Assembly (NCBI GenBank): GCA_032251455.1
Contig: JAVVEG010000013.1
Location: 24,532 to 88,531 of the forward strand
Length of the DNA: 64,000 bases
From: Pseudomonadales bacterium
Lineage (GTDB): Bacteria > Pseudomonadota > Gammaproteobacteria > Pseudomonadales > Pseudohongiellaceae
Direction: 5' to 3'
Shown here piece after piece: positions 1-10,606 of the stretch. Positions within the stretch are counted from its first letter, which is position 1. Each line of letters opens with the position of its first letter. The position numbers and the translations under genes were made by a program. The notes beneath the pieces are model-generated. The model had not been told where the DNA came from, did not search any database, and saw only the letters and a list, made by a program, of their open reading frames with translations.

Positions 1-1466
1 GCAGCCCTGATTTCCTGTTGTATTTTCAGCTGGCTCTGCTTCTGTTGCCCGGCTTTCACCCGCAACTGCCTGAATTCAAAGCGCTGTTGCCAGTAGGCGG
101 CCTGCTCATCGGCCCGGTGAGAATCCTGAATCAGCGCTTTTTCGGCCCGATAGTATTGCACCAGAGGGATATTGCTGGGACAAACATAGTCGCAGGCACC
201 ACATTCGATGCAATCGAACAGACCCTGGCTGGCGACGCTGTCGTGTCGTTGTTGATCGATTGCAAAATAGAGTTGCTGTGGCAACAGGCCTGCCGGGCAG
301 GCTTCAGCGCAAAACCCGCAACGGATACAGGCCCGCCGGGCGGCGGGAGCCTGGTGTTCCCTGGCCGTTATCGCCATGATGCAATTACTGATTGCAGTGA
401 TCGGGGTGTCCACATCGTCCAGTAGGAAACCCATCAGGGGGCCGCCATGGACCAACTGGAAATGTGTGTCTGCCGGCAAGCCACAATGTGCCAGCAACAG
501 GGATATCGGGGTGCCCAGCGGCACTTCCAGATTGCGGGGGCGTTGCAGGGCGCCACCGGTCACGGTGACGATTCTGGAAAGCAGGGGCTGATCAAGTACG
601 ACAGCCTGATAAACCGCATGGCAGGTGCTTACATTCTGACAAAGTATCTGGATATCCTGCGGCGTCCTGCCAGAGGGAACCTCTCTGCCAGTCAGTATTT
701 TTATCAGTTGCCGCTCGCCGCCGGAAGGGTAGCGGGTGGGAATGACCACTACCTTGATGTTCCGATTACAGCAGGCCTGTTCGAGAGCGGCGATGGCTCC
801 AGGCTTGCTGTCCTCGATCCCGATCAGGCAGACGTCTGGTTTGAGCAGCGCCTGCAAGATCGCAATACCCTGGCACACTTCTTCGGCATGTTCACCCAGC
901 AGGGCCTCATCGGCACTGATCGAGGGCTCACATTCGGCGGCATTGATGATCAGGGTTTGCACCCCGTTGGCGAGTGCCCGTCTGAGTTTGGCAGCGGTCG
1001 GGAAACCGGCACCACCCATGCCGACAATTCCGGCCTGCTCGATTTTTGCCAGAATTTGTTCCTGGTTTATGCGCTGATGCCCCCCTGCCTTTGGTTCCGG
1101 ACCAAGAGGTTGAGGATTAAAGGTATCCAGAATAATGCTGCGAACCGGCAGCTGTGAGGCGTGCGGAAAGCTGTGTTCGCGGATGGCACTTATTTGGCCT
1201 GCCGCAGGGGCATGCATATTGACGCTCAGCTTGCCACCGGCCTTGGCCAGCAGTTGGCCCCGGCGGACATGATCGCCAGCCTTGACCACCGCCTGAGCCA
1301 TTTCACCACGGTAGTGTGCCAATGGCAGGATCAAGCGGGGTGCCAGGACGCAGCGTTCAATGGCATGACTCAAGGCAGCCGATTTATTCACGGGTGGGTG
1401 AATACCGCCGTTGAAGCGATGCAGTGCGGGGACACCGGGCCGGCGGCTTTGATGGCCGGGGCTCAT
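1..1466 (-). CDS. rnfC: Rnf electron-transport complex subunit C (3' end runs off the window start)
   Basis: Absent from the ORF track because it is open to the window edge. My translation of the minus strand from ATG 1466 reads [25 protein letters not shown]..., with the GMGGAGFPT motif. Two ferredoxin-type clusters are present: [11 protein letters not shown] (about 300-335) and [13 protein letters not shown] (about 190-230). ATGA start/stop overlap with rnfB. Confidence 0.85.
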   Translation of the reverse strand, partial: MSPGHQSRRPGVPALHRFNGGIHPPVNKSAALSHAIERCVLAPRLILPLAHYRGEMAQAVVKAGDHVRRGQLLAKAGGKLSVNMHAPAAGQISAIREHSFPHASQLPVRSIILDTFNPQPLGPEPKAGGHQRINQEQILAKIEQAGIVGMGGAGFPTAAKLRRALANGVQTLIINAAECEPSISADEALLGEHAEEVCQGIAILQALLKPDVCLIGIEDSKPGAIAALEQACCNRNIKVVVIPTRYPSGGERQLIKILTGREVPSGRTPQDIQILCQNVSTCHAVYQAVVLDQPLLSRIVTVTGGALQRPRNLEVPLGTPISLLLAHCGLPADTHFQLVHGGPLMGFLLDDVDTPITAISNCIMAITAREHQAPAARRACIRCGFCAEACPAGLLPQQLYFAIDQQRHDSVASQGLFDCIECGACDYVCPSNIPLVQYYRAEKALIQDSHRADEQAAYWQQRFEFRQLRVKAGQQKQSQLKIQQEIRA

Positions 1467-1972
1467 GCCAGCTTCCCCCCGGCCTGATCAGCCGACGGGA
1501 AGGGCCAGCGCCAATGACTGCTGCGTTCGGGGTGCGGCAGCATATCGATGCAATCCACCGGGCAGGGTTGCAGACAAAGGTCGCAGCCGGTGCATTCACT
1601 TTCAATCACGGTATGCATCATGCCGGCGGCACCCAGGATGGCATCAGTGGGGCAAGCCTGAATGCATTTGGTACAGCCTATGCATTCCGGCTCGCGGATG
1701 ACGGCAATTTTGCGAGCTTCGTGTTGGCCATGAGCCGGATCCAGGGCAATCAGCGGCTGGTGCAATAACTGCGCCAGGCGCAGGATGCTTGTCTCGCCAC
1801 CCGGTGGACATTTATTGATGGCTTCACCCTGTTGTATGGCTTCGGCGTAGGGCCGGCATCCCGGATAACCACAGCGTCCGCACTGGGTTTGTGGCAGACA
1901 GCGGTTGATGGCGGCCACAGTGACCGTATCGACTCTTGCGGCCAGGCTGGGCGGGGTGGAAGTAAAACGCAT
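1463..1972 (-). CDS. rnfB: Rnf complex subunit B (Fe-S protein), short N-terminus
   Basis: [21 protein letters not shown] motif plus two 4Fe-4S ferredoxin motifs ([24 protein letters not shown]). ATG at 1972 sits directly after the rnfA stop. The tracked upstream start at 2005 would overlap rnfA. Confidence 0.85.
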   Translation of the reverse strand: MRFTSTPPSLAARVDTVTVAAINRCLPQTQCGRCGYPGCRPYAEAIQQGEAINKCPPGGETSILRLAQLLHQPLIALDPAHGQHEARKIAVIREPECIGCTKCIQACPTDAILGAAGMMHTVIESECTGCDLCLQPCPVDCIDMLPHPERSSHWRWPFPSADQAGGKLA

Positions 1973-1973
1973 G

Positions 1974-2534
1974 TTAAACAATTCCTGCCAGCCCCATGAA
2001 GCCAAGCGACATCAGGCCAGCGTTGATCAGGCTGATTGCGGCGCCACGAAAAGGTGCGGGTACTGCTGCGGTGTGCACTCGTTCCTGCATGGCAGCGAAT
2101 ACCAGCAGAACGAGCAGAAAGCCCAGACCTGTACCCAAAGCATAAAACAGACTGTGCAGCACGCCACTGTCAGCCCGGCTGGTAATCACTATCGGGCCGA
2201 GAATTGCGGTATTGCCTGCAAGCAGTATCAGGTCCGTGTTCTGGCAGCCAGGCAACCGGGACAGCATCGCCAGAAACGGCAGCAGTACGCACAGGTAAAC
2301 CGGCAGGAGCAGGGCCTCTGTACTGAACCCAGGCAGCAGAATGCTGGCCAGATGGAAGGTGCCGGTCGTCAACACCAGTAACAGGGTAGTGTGTACGCCA
2401 TGTTGATAACTGCGCCGGGGGTTTTCTGTCGCGGTGAGCAGGGAAGTGGTGCCCAGCAGTTGCAGCAGTACAACATTGTTGATCACGGCGGCACTGGCTA
2501 TGACAAGCATTGTGACAAGCAAAAAATCAGACAC
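1974..2534 (-). CDS. rnfA: Rnf complex subunit A (integral membrane)
   Basis: Polytopic hydrophobic protein with the RnfA-like N-terminus ...[17 protein letters not shown] at 2534 is preceded by AGGAG at about 8 nt and gives the expected ~186 aa. The tracked 228-aa form has a non-hydrophobic extension. Confidence 0.8.
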   Translation of the reverse strand: MSDFLLVTMLVIASAAVINNVVLLQLLGTTSLLTATENPRRSYQHGVHTTLLLVLTTGTFHLASILLPGFSTEALLLPVYLCVLLPFLAMLSRLPGCQNTDLILLAGNTAILGPIVITSRADSGVLHSLFYALGTGLGFLLVLLVFAAMQERVHTAAVPAPFRGAAISLINAGLMSLGFMGLAGIV

Positions 2535-2701
2535 TTGCGGAATGATCTCCTGTTTCTGGCTTGCTGTGGGAGTTCGGGGCAAGAGTTTATCACGCTGAGC
2601 TGCACCGATGACAGCTTGCCGGAGGCTGAATTTCTTGCCGTCATGGAGTATCATTTGCACTTTTGTGCGCAGGGGCGGACCATTCCGATTGACCCTGCTT
2701 G

Positions 2702-2887
2702 ATGATTAAGACGGTGATCGATGTGAGAAAGTGGCAATGTATAGTGTGCGGTTTTATTTACGATGAGGAAGCGGGTCTGCCTGAGGAGGGGATTGCGCCC
2801 GGAACCAGCTGGGATGAGATACCCGATGACTGGATGTGCCCGGAGTGCGGAGTCGGGAAAGAAGACTTTGAAATGATTGAAATTTAG
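2702..2887 (+). CDS. Rubredoxin
   Basis: Two CxxCG knuckles (WQCIVCGFIYDE ... WMCPECGVGKEDF). Start uncertain (TTG 2699, ATG 2702 or GTG 2723). Confidence 0.9.
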   Translation: MIKTVIDVRKWQCIVCGFIYDEEAGLPEEGIAPGTSWDEIPDDWMCPECGVGKEDFEMIEI

Positions 2888-2905
2888 TCCACCAGGAGCA
2901 GTATT

Positions 2906-4993
2906 TTGCCCGACAAACAGATTGACAGCCAACTCGATAAACAGCGCCGGATACTGGTCACCAGCGCACTGCCCTATGCCAACGGTGATATTCATCTTGG
3001 GCATCTGATGGAAGTCATCCAGACGGATATCTGGGTTCGCCTGCAGCGGCTGCGTGGCCATGATTGCGTGTATGTCTGTGCAGATGATGCGCACGGAACC
3101 GCCATCATGCTGCGCGCCGAAAAGGAAGGGATTACTCCAGAGGCCTTGATCGCCCGGGTGCAGAGTGAACACCAACAGGATTTTTCCGGTTTCCTGATCA
3201 GTTTTGACAACTATCATTCAACCCATTCGGAGGAAAACAGGCGGTTTGCCGAATCGATCTATCTGGCCTTGCGCAGCAATGGCCATATCAGCTCCCGGTC
3301 CATCATGCAGTTGTATGACCCCGAGAAGAAACTGTTTCTGTCCGATCGTTTTGTCAAGGGTATCTGTCCGCGTTGCAAGGCGCCCGATCAGTACGGTGAT
3401 AATTGCGAGAACTGCAATGCAACCTACAGTGCGGCAGAACTGATCGAGCCACGCTCGACGCTTTCCGGCGCCACTCCCGTGGAGAAAGAGTCGGAACATT
3501 ATTTTTTCAGGCTGCCCGAGTTTACCGTCATGCTCAAGGCCTGGACCCGCAGCGGTGCCCTGCAGGAGCAGGTGGCCAACAAGCTGGAAGAATGGCTGGA
3601 AGGGGGCTTGCAGGAATGGGATATCAGCCGGGATGCACCTTATTTCGGCTTTGAGATTCCTGATGCGCCGGGTAAGTATTTCTATGTCTGGCTGGATGCG
3701 CCGATTGGTTACATGGCCAGTTTCGAGCAGTTCTGCCAGCGCAGCGGCTACCGGTTTGAGGATTACTGGAAGGACGACAGCCAGACCGAGCTGTATCACT
3801 TCATCGGCAAGGACATCATCAATTTCCACACCCTGTTCTGGCCCGCCATGCTCAGCAGTGCCGGCTACCGAAAGCCCACTGCCGTGTTCGCCCATGGTTT
3901 CCTGACCGTCAATGGCAAGAAGATGTCAAAATCCCGTGGCACCTTCATCAATGCCAGTACCTATCTTGATTATCTGCAACCAGAATACCTGCGTTATTAT
4001 CTGGCCGCCAAACTGGGCAATGGCGTGGATGATCTGGACCTGAACCTGGCAGATTTCATGGCCAGGGTAAACGCAGACCTGGTGGGCAAGGTGGTCAATA
4101 TTGCCAGCCGCTGTGCCGGGTTCATCCATAAGGGTTTTGCCGGCCGTCTGGCAGCACAGACCAGTGAACCCCAGCTGGTCGCCGAATTCCTGGATTGCGC
4201 CGATGAGATCGCGCTTGCCTATGAACGCCGTGAATACAGCAAGGCGATCCGCCTGATCATGCAGCTGGCGGACAAGGCCAATCAGTTTATCGCCGAGCAA
4301 CAGCCCTGGACGCTGGCCAAAACCGACCCGGCTTCGCCCCAGGTGCAGGCGGTTTGCAGCACCGGTATCAATCTGTTTCGACTGCTCATGATCTACCTCA
4401 AACCGGTTCTGCCAGCCATGAGCGAACAGGCTGAACAGTTTCTCAATGTGTCGCCATTGTGCTGGCAGGACCTGCACAGCCAGTTGCTGGATCATCAGTT
4501 GAATGCATTTGTGCCTCTGCTGCGACGGGTCGAACAGTCCCAGATCGATGCCTTGCTGGCAGCCAGTGCCAGGCTGAGTGATGAGATAGCTGAACCGGCA
4601 GAGCAGGCTGCTCCGGTCGACAGCCCTCTGGCACGCGAGCCGCTGCAGGCGCAGATCGGTTTCGAGGATTTTGCCCGGATCGATCTGCGTATAGCCCGGA
4701 TAAGCCAGGCCGAGTATGTGGAAGGAGCGGATAAATTGTTGCAATTGACCCTGGATCTGGGGCTGGATAGCGACGGCAAGGCAGTGTTGCGCAAGGTTTT
4801 CTCCGGCATCAGATCAGCCTATGCTCCGCAGGAGCTGACCGGCAGGCTGACCGTGATGGTCGCGAATCTGCAGCCTCGCAAGATGAAGTTTGGTCTTTCC
4901 GAGGGCATGGTACTGGCGGCCGGGCCAGGACAAACAGAGATTTATCTGCTCAGCCCTGACAGTGGTGCCGAGCCAGGAATGCGGGTTATCTAG
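2906..4993 (+). CDS. metG: Methionyl-tRNA synthetase with C-terminal tRNA-binding domain
   Basis: [14 protein letters not shown] (HIGH) and KMSKSRG (KMSKS) motifs, CPRC/CENC zinc knuckles. TTG start with AGGAG 8 nt upstream. Confidence 0.95.
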   Translation: MPDKQIDSQLDKQRRILVTSALPYANGDIHLGHLMEVIQTDIWVRLQRLRGHDCVYVCADDAHGTAIMLRAEKEGITPEALIARVQSEHQQDFSGFLISFDNYHSTHSEENRRFAESIYLALRSNGHISSRSIMQLYDPEKKLFLSDRFVKGICPRCKAPDQYGDNCENCNATYSAAELIEPRSTLSGATPVEKESEHYFFRLPEFTVMLKAWTRSGALQEQVANKLEEWLEGGLQEWDISRDAPYFGFEIPDAPGKYFYVWLDAPIGYMASFEQFCQRSGYRFEDYWKDDSQTELYHFIGKDIINFHTLFWPAMLSSAGYRKPTAVFAHGFLTVNGKKMSKSRGTFINASTYLDYLQPEYLRYYLAAKLGNGVDDLDLNLADFMARVNADLVGKVVNIASRCAGFIHKGFAGRLAAQTSEPQLVAEFLDCADEIALAYERREYSKAIRLIMQLADKANQFIAEQQPWTLAKTDPASPQVQAVCSTGINLFRLLMIYLKPVLPAMSEQAEQFLNVSPLCWQDLHSQLLDHQLNAFVPLLRRVEQSQIDALLAASARLSDEIAEPAEQAAPVDSPLAREPLQAQIGFEDFARIDLRIARISQAEYVEGADKLLQLTLDLGLDSDGKAVLRKVFSGIRSAYAPQELTGRLTVMVANLQPRKMKFGLSEGMVLAAGPGQTEIYLLSPDSGAEPGMRVI

Positions 4994-5086
4994 AGGATTT
5001 GCGCATTGACGGCTGTACGCAATTTCAGGTTTACTCGGTCAATGCTCCATACAATAAATAAATGATGACACCGGGATGGAAAAGTG

Positions 5087-6646
5087 ATGTTAAGTAGCAA
5101 GGTATTCCTGTATCAGCAAACCCCGCGGACCTGGTGCCAGACCCTGGTCTGTTGCCTGTTTCTGCTGACAAGCAGCGCCCAGGCTCAGATCACTGATTCT
5201 GTGCGCCTGGTCGAGAGTTCAATTGTAAAAATCTATACCACCGCCTCGGCGCCGGATTACTTTACGCCCTGGCGGATGCTGAATCCTTCGCAGGCCAGTG
5301 GTTCGGGTTCGGTTATTGCGGGCAACCGGATTCTTACCAATGCCCATGTGGTTGCCAATGCCAGCTACGTTCAGGTGCAAAAACACAATGACCCCGAGCG
5401 TTACCAGGCCCGGGTTCAATTTGTCTCACATGCCTCCGATCTGGCCATCATCACCGTGAATGATCCGGCTTTTTTCGATGAGCTGGAGGCTTTGGAGGTA
5501 GGCGAATTGCCGGACCCGCACCAAGAGGTGTTTGTTTTTGGTTACCCCATTGGTGGCCGCACCCTGAGTATTACCAAAGGGATACTTTCGCGGGTGGAGC
5601 AGCAGGTGTATGCCCATTCTGGTGAATTTCTGCTGGCGGGACAGATAGATGCTGCCATCAATCCCGGCAACAGCGGGGGGCCGGTCATTGTCGATCAGAA
5701 AATTGCCGGCGTTGTGATGCAGGCCAACTCGGGTGGCCGGGCAGAAAACCTGGGCTATTTTGTGCCGCCGGCTGTGATCAGGCATGTGCTCAAGGACGCT
5801 GAAGACGGTATTTACGATGGGTTTCCGGATCTGGGGTTTCGCACCCAGGATCTTGAAAGCCCAGCAGCGAAGGCCGCCTATGGTCTTAGCCCGGAACAAA
5901 GCGGGGTACTGGTCATCAAGGTATTTGGTGATTCCCCGGCGGCCGGGGTATTGCAGGAAAATGATGTTCTGCTCAGTATCGAGGGTTATCCCATTGCAGG
6001 AGACAGCAGTATTCAGGTGAATGAAAATCTGCAAACCAATTACAAATATGCCATTGATCTGCGCCAGATTGGGGATGAAGTGAGAGTCAGCTTCGCCCGG
6101 CATGGAGAGGTGCGTGAAACCAGTCTGCTGGCCAAAAAGGCATTGGCCAATTACAGTCTGGTGCGCCAGGAAGCCTTCGATGAAATTCCTGAATACTACA
6201 TCTATGGTGGCATTCTTTTTGTGCCTCTGAACATGAACCTGATCAAACGCTGGGGTTCGGACTGGAGCAGAACTGCGCCGGTCAATCTGTTGCAGGCACG
6301 CAGTGAATGGGCATCACAGGATAGACGGGAAATCGTGGTTGCCCTGCAGGTGTTGGCCGCCGACGTGAATCTTGGCTACCATGACCTGCGTAACTGGATA
6401 GTTGATACCGTCAACGATCAGCCGATTCGCGATTTCCGGCATTTTACCCGCCTGCTCAGGGATAACACCCAGGCCCATGTAGTCTTCAAGAACGAGGCTG
6501 GCTATCAGGTGGTAGTCGACCATCTGCAGGCACTGAGCACCGAACAGGAAATTTTGCAGCAATATCGTGTGCCCAGCAGTTACTCGGAGGGCTTGTTTGA
6601 AGAAGAGCTGTCCATGGCCGCCAGCGCCAATCACACCGGGCAATAA
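5087..6646 (+). CDS. Secreted trypsin-like (S1C/DegP-family) serine protease with PDZ-type C-terminal region
   Basis: N-terminal signal-like segment ending ...SSAQAQ. Catalytic motifs TNAHVV, DLAII and GNSGGP in the correct order. GVLVIKV...AAGVLQENDVLLSIEG is PDZ-like. Confidence 0.85.
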   Translation: MLSSKVFLYQQTPRTWCQTLVCCLFLLTSSAQAQITDSVRLVESSIVKIYTTASAPDYFTPWRMLNPSQASGSGSVIAGNRILTNAHVVANASYVQVQKHNDPERYQARVQFVSHASDLAIITVNDPAFFDELEALEVGELPDPHQEVFVFGYPIGGRTLSITKGILSRVEQQVYAHSGEFLLAGQIDAAINPGNSGGPVIVDQKIAGVVMQANSGGRAENLGYFVPPAVIRHVLKDAEDGIYDGFPDLGFRTQDLESPAAKAAYGLSPEQSGVLVIKVFGDSPAAGVLQENDVLLSIEGYPIAGDSSIQVNENLQTNYKYAIDLRQIGDEVRVSFARHGEVRETSLLAKKALANYSLVRQEAFDEIPEYYIYGGILFVPLNMNLIKRWGSDWSRTAPVNLLQARSEWASQDRREIVVALQVLAADVNLGYHDLRNWIVDTVNDQPIRDFRHFTRLLRDNTQAHVVFKNEAGYQVVVDHLQALSTEQEILQQYRVPSSYSEGLFEEELSMAASANHTGQ

Positions 6647-6673
6647 TGGCCCCAGCAGGGATGTAGAGCAAGC

Positions 6674-7243
6674 ATGAGCATCAAGTCAGACAAATGGATA
6701 CGTAAAATGGCGTTGGAGCAGGGCATGATCAGCCCCTTTGAGCCGGGTCAGGTCAGGTATATTGATGGCAACAAGGTGATTTCCTACGGCACATCCAGCT
6801 ACGGCTACGATGTACGTTGTGCCACCGAATTCAAGATTTTCACCAATGTACATACGACCAGTGTAGTGGATCCCAAGAATTTTGACGAAAGCAGCTTCGT
6901 CAGCATCGAGGAACCCTACTGCATCATTCCACCCAATTCCTTTGCCCTGGCCCGCACCATAGAATATTTCCGGATACCCAGGGATGTGCTGACGGTATGT
7001 CTGGGCAAATCGACCTATGCCCGTTGCGGCATTATCGTCAACGTCACTCCCCTGGAGCCCGAATGGGAAGGGCATGTCACGCTGGAATTCTCCAATACCA
7101 CCCCCTTGCCGGCAAAGATTTATGCCAATGAAGGGGTGGCGCAGATGTTGTTCTATCAATCCGATGAGCAGTGCGAAGTCACCTACAAGCAGCGTGGTGG
7201 CAAATACATGGGACAGACCGGAGTAACACCACCCCGAGCCTGA
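6674..7243 (+). CDS. dcd: dCTP deaminase
   Basis: Full-length similarity by eye to Dcd ([13 protein letters not shown]..., [38 protein letters not shown]). Confidence 0.95.
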   Translation: MSIKSDKWIRKMALEQGMISPFEPGQVRYIDGNKVISYGTSSYGYDVRCATEFKIFTNVHTTSVVDPKNFDESSFVSIEEPYCIIPPNSFALARTIEYFRIPRDVLTVCLGKSTYARCGIIVNVTPLEPEWEGHVTLEFSNTTPLPAKIYANEGVAQMLFYQSDEQCEVTYKQRGGKYMGQTGVTPPRA

Positions 7244-7248
7244 ACGCT

Positions 7249-7273
7249 GTTGACGCAGGCAGTCTGCGTCAAC
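7249..7273 (+). terminator. Perfect 10-bp stem hairpin just after the dcd stop (GTTGACGCAG-gcagt-CTGCGTCAAC)
   Basis: Read directly. There is no clear T-tract, so it may be a terminator or an RNA-stability hairpin. Confidence 0.5.
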
Positions 7274-7331
7274 AATACCGGACGGTAATACCGGGCTGTG
7301 TCAAGAAAGGTCCTGCTGTTCAGCCCATCAT

Positions 7332-7347
7332 GGTCAAAAATTTGACC
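7332..7347. promoter_or_regulatory. Perfect 16-bp palindrome GGTCAAAAATTTGACC, candidate bEBP (FleQ/FlrA-type) operator upstream of the fleS sigma54 promoter
   Basis: Seen in sequence, about 63 bp upstream of the -24 element. It resembles the P. aeruginosa FleQ box GTCaNTAAATTGAC (recalled from the literature). The same 13-mer recurs at 23981-23993. Confidence 0.4.
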
Positions 7348-7409
7348 TTCTTCAGGGGCTTTTTTCAAGCCAGGACTTCAAGTCCTTGATTTTCAATGTC
7401 TCTGCTGAA

Positions 7410-7425
7410 TGGCATGGAGATTGCA
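7410..7425 (+). promoter_or_regulatory. sigma54 (-24/-12) promoter for fleS-fleR
   Basis: TGGCATggagaTTGCA matches TGGCAC-N5-TTGCW with exact GG/GC spacing. Confidence 0.7.
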
Positions 7426-7452
7426 AAACAAAACCCATCAGAGAGTCCATCG

Positions 7453-8724
7453 ATGGAGTTTGCAATGCAATCAACTGTTGCCCAGTTGCGAGAAGATTCC
7501 CCCGGAACCGGGCCTGTCGATGATCTGTCTCAACCAGAGGCCTTGCGCCTTGCCTTCCAGGCCTTCTCGGATCTGTCCGGCAGGCTTTCGGCCAGTTACC
7601 AGGTGCTGGAAAAACGGGTTTATCAGCTCAACCGGGAGATAGAGCAGGCAAATGTGCAGCGCCTGCGAGAGCTGGAAGCCAAGGGGCGTATCGCTGGCAG
7701 GTTGGAGAACCTGTTGCAGTTGTTGCCAGGCGGGGTAATTGTGCTCAACCACCAGGGGCGGGTATGCGAGAGCAACGCAGCAGCATGCGAAATTCTGGGC
7801 ACCTCAGTGTCAGGAAAATTCTGGCGCGATATCATCCGCGATTGTTTTACTCCACGCAGTGATGATGGGCACGAAATCTCATTGCGCAATGGCCGTCGCA
7901 TCAGTCTGGTGACGCGCTCCCTCAACGATGAACCAGGGCAGATAATCCTGCTCACCGATCAGACGGATACCCGCGAGTTACAGCAAAGCCTGGCACGGCA
8001 TCAACGGCTTTCGGCCATGGGCAAGATGGTGTCCTCGCTGGCTCATCAGATCCGCACACCCCTGTCGGCCGCGGTGCTTTATGCTGATCAGTTGCAGCAT
8101 GAAATACCACCAGCACAGCGTGCCGCACTGGGGCGTAAGCTCAGTTCACGGCTCAATAATATGGAACGTCAAGTCAGAGACATGCTGTTGTTTGCCAGAG
8201 GTGAAACTGTGCTGGATGCAGAGATTGACATACAGACTTTTTTTGCGGGCATGAAGACAGCTGCCGAGGTGTTGCTGCGTGACACCATCAGAAATTGTAC
8301 CTGGCACAATGCGAGCGCTTCCGCAAGAATTCTATGCAATCAGGAGGCATTGACAGGTGCCATGCTCAATCTGATCGAAAACGCTGTTCAGGCTGGTGGC
8401 AGCACAGTCAGGCTGCGAATATCGGCGCATATCGAGCAGGCAGAAGAGGATCAATCTGCCCAGGAAAGCTTACTGTGCCTCTGTGTCAGCGATGATGGGC
8501 CAGGTATCGACGATGCCATTCTGAAAAAAACCGTGGAACCATTTTTTACCACCAAAGCCCAGGGCACTGGTCTTGGCCTGGCTGTTGCCCAGGTGGTTGC
8601 CAAAACACACAATGGCCGGTTCTTCATTGACTCCAGTCAGGCCCGGGACAGGTGTGGTACCCGCGCTGGATTTATCTTGCCGTTGTTACATGACGAAAAG
8701 CACATGGCGAAAAGCACATGGTGA
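7453..8724 (+). CDS. fleS: Flagellar two-component sensor histidine kinase (FleS/FlrB type, cytoplasmic PAS-HisKA-HATPase)
   Basis: H-box SSLAHQIRTPLSAA, an N-box-like segment MLNLIENAVQAG and G-boxes DDGPGI / GTGLGL. No TM segments. The start is moved to ATG 7453 because the sigma54 promoter lies inside the tracked 5' end (7396). Confidence 0.85.
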   Translation: MEFAMQSTVAQLREDSPGTGPVDDLSQPEALRLAFQAFSDLSGRLSASYQVLEKRVYQLNREIEQANVQRLRELEAKGRIAGRLENLLQLLPGGVIVLNHQGRVCESNAAACEILGTSVSGKFWRDIIRDCFTPRSDDGHEISLRNGRRISLVTRSLNDEPGQIILLTDQTDTRELQQSLARHQRLSAMGKMVSSLAHQIRTPLSAAVLYADQLQHEIPPAQRAALGRKLSSRLNNMERQVRDMLLFARGETVLDAEIDIQTFFAGMKTAAEVLLRDTIRNCTWHNASASARILCNQEALTGAMLNLIENAVQAGGSTVRLRISAHIEQAEEDQSAQESLLCLCVSDDGPGIDDAILKKTVEPFFTTKAQGTGLGLAVAQVVAKTHNGRFFIDSSQARDRCGTRAGFILPLLHDEKHMAKSTW

Positions 8725-8758
8725 AAAACACATGAAGAAAAATACATGACGAAAAGCA
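8689..8758. repeat. Five tandem 14-bp repeats (consensus CATGRNGAAAARNA) spanning the fleS stop and the fleS-fleR spacer
   Basis: Units: catgacgaaaagca / catggcgaaaagca / catggtgaaaaaca / catgaagaaaaata / catgacgaaaagca, read directly. Confidence 0.95.
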
Positions 8759-8769
8759 GGGAGTGAGAC

Positions 8770-10188
8770 ATGACCCAAAAGTTAACTGAGACATCATTAT
8801 TGGTAGTGGAAGATGACTGGGATCTGCGCGATGCCCTGAGTACCACACTGGAATTGGCCGGGTTCAAGGTGTTTGCCGCTGAGTCAGCTGAGCAAGCCCT
8901 GGACATGCTGGCATCAGAACGCGTGGAGCTGGTCATTACCGATGTCAATATGAGTGGAATGGATGGGCATGCCCTGTTGGCCCATGTCAGACATGAGTAC
9001 CCGTTTCTTCCGGTGGTAATCATTACCGCCTTCGGAAGTATCGAGCAGTCAGTCAACGCCATGCGCAATGGAGCGACTGATTATCTGCTGAAACCCTTTC
9101 AACCAGAAATGCTGATAGAAACAGTGCGCAGGTATCTGCCGGTTTCTTCAGTTTCAGATTTGGCTCAGAGTGAGCAACCTGTAGCCGAGGCGCCAGGTAG
9201 CCGGCAATTACTGCAATTGGCAAAACGCGTGGCAGCTGCAGATGCCACGGTGCTGATTTCCGGGGAAAGCGGTACCGGCAAGGAGGTGTTGGCCCGCTAT
9301 ATCCACGATCAGTCGCCACGTGCGCACAAGGCATTCATCGCCATAAACTGCGCGGCCATACCCGAGAATATGCTGGAAGCCACTTTATTTGGTCATGAAA
9401 AAGGGGCTTTCACCGGTGCTTATGCCAGCGCTGCCGGCAAATTTGAATTGGCTGATGGGGGCACTATTCTGCTCGATGAAATCTCGGAAATGGACATTGG
9501 CCTGCAGGCCAAGATTCTGCGCGTGCTGCAGGAAAGAGAAGTGGAGAGAGTGGGGGGGCGCAAAACCCTGAAGCTCGACGTCAGGGTTATTGCCACCACC
9601 AACCGCCAGCTCAAACAATGTGTAGAGGATGGCAGCTTTCGGGAAGACCTCTACTACCGCTTGAGTGTTTTTCCCTTGCAATGGCAGCCACTGCGCGAAC
9701 GAAAACCGGATATCGTACCCTTGGCGGAACGGATTCTTGCGCATCATGCCAAAAAAATGCAACGTGGCCCTGTCAGTTTTTCGGCAGAAGCCGTGAACCT
9801 GTTGCTGTCTTATCCCTGGCCAGGCAATGTGCGGGAGCTGGACAATGTTATTCAGCGAGCCCTGATCATGGAAGAAGGTAATCATCTGCAGGCGTCAAGC
9901 CTGGGTCTGCCCACTCATTTTGCACTGGATATAGGCAGCACACAAAGCCTGGCTTCATCGATATCAGCGGGGTCGGCAGAAAATGATGAGTTGTTGGCAG
10001 AGGCCGGGGTGCTGGGTAACGATCTTCGCCAGCGTGAGTTTGAAATCATTTTGAGCACCCTGCGCGAACAGGGAGGACGCCGCAAGGAGACGGCAGAAGT
10101 ACTTGGTGTCAGCCCCAGAACCTTGCGTTACAAGATAGCCAGAATGAAAGACTCTGGCATCAATATCGATACTGTTTTGAGTTATTGA
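8770..10188 (+). CDS. fleR: sigma54-dependent flagellar response regulator (FleR/FlrC type)
   Basis: REC domain (LVVEDD...DVNMSGMDG), AAA+ core with GESGTGKEV Walker A and the GAFTGA loop, C-terminal HTH. Confidence 0.9.
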   Translation: MTQKLTETSLLVVEDDWDLRDALSTTLELAGFKVFAAESAEQALDMLASERVELVITDVNMSGMDGHALLAHVRHEYPFLPVVIITAFGSIEQSVNAMRNGATDYLLKPFQPEMLIETVRRYLPVSSVSDLAQSEQPVAEAPGSRQLLQLAKRVAAADATVLISGESGTGKEVLARYIHDQSPRAHKAFIAINCAAIPENMLEATLFGHEKGAFTGAYASAAGKFELADGGTILLDEISEMDIGLQAKILRVLQEREVERVGGRKTLKLDVRVIATTNRQLKQCVEDGSFREDLYYRLSVFPLQWQPLRERKPDIVPLAERILAHHAKKMQRGPVSFSAEAVNLLLSYPWPGNVRELDNVIQRALIMEEGNHLQASSLGLPTHFALDIGSTQSLASSISAGSAENDELLAEAGVLGNDLRQREFEIILSTLREQGGRRKETAEVLGVSPRTLRYKIARMKDSGINIDTVLSY

Positions 10189-10222
10189 ACAATACCGTCA
10201 GTGGCGGGACAGGCAGGAAATC

Positions 10223-10600
10223 ATGAGTGCAATTACTGATCGAGTGGACATCAACCAGGTGCTGATGCAGATGCGTGAGCTGAAGAGTCAGGTTCAGGAA
10301 GTGCCTGTGCGGCCGGCTACGTTGGAAAATCCTTCACTGCGCCCGGATATGATCAATCCGGGCACCGAGGCGGGTAAACCGGTGTTTTCAGACCTGCTCA
10401 AACAGGCTGTGAACTCAGTCAATGAAACCCAACAGCAGGCCAACGCCCTGCAGACCGCTTATGAGTTGGGCGACCAGAGTGTGGACATTACCCAGGTAAT
10501 GATTCAGATGCAGAAGGCCAGTGTTTCCTTTGAAGCGATGACGCAGGTACGCAACAGGCTGGTCAGTGCCTATCAGGACATCATGAATATGCCCATTTAG
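10223..10600 (+). CDS. fliE: Flagellar hook-basal body complex protein FliE
   Basis: Size and the conserved C-terminus (...[34 protein letters not shown]). Confidence 0.9.
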   Translation: MSAITDRVDINQVLMQMRELKSQVQEVPVRPATLENPSLRPDMINPGTEAGKPVFSDLLKQAVNSVNETQQQANALQTAYELGDQSVDITQVMIQMQKASVSFEAMTQVRNRLVSAYQDIMNMPI

Positions 10601-10606
10601 GCAGTG

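Noticed and set aside
2644-2659. TGGAGTatcatTTGCA upstream of the rubredoxin gene, with correct sigma54 spacing.
   Set aside because: The -24 hexamer matches only at TGG. There is no biological expectation of RpoN control and no upstream operator. It is probably a chance match.
10155-10194. A sigma54-like element TGGCATcaataTCGA in the fleR 3' end, followed by the palindrome TATTGAACAATA (10183-10194) over the fleR stop, as a possible fliE promoter/operator.
   Set aside because: The invariant -12 GC dinucleotide is missing (TCGA instead of TTGC). A second candidate, TGGCGGgacagGCAG (10202-10216), has the wrong spacing and is too close to the ATG. fliE may simply be read through from fleSR. 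The question is left open rather than called.
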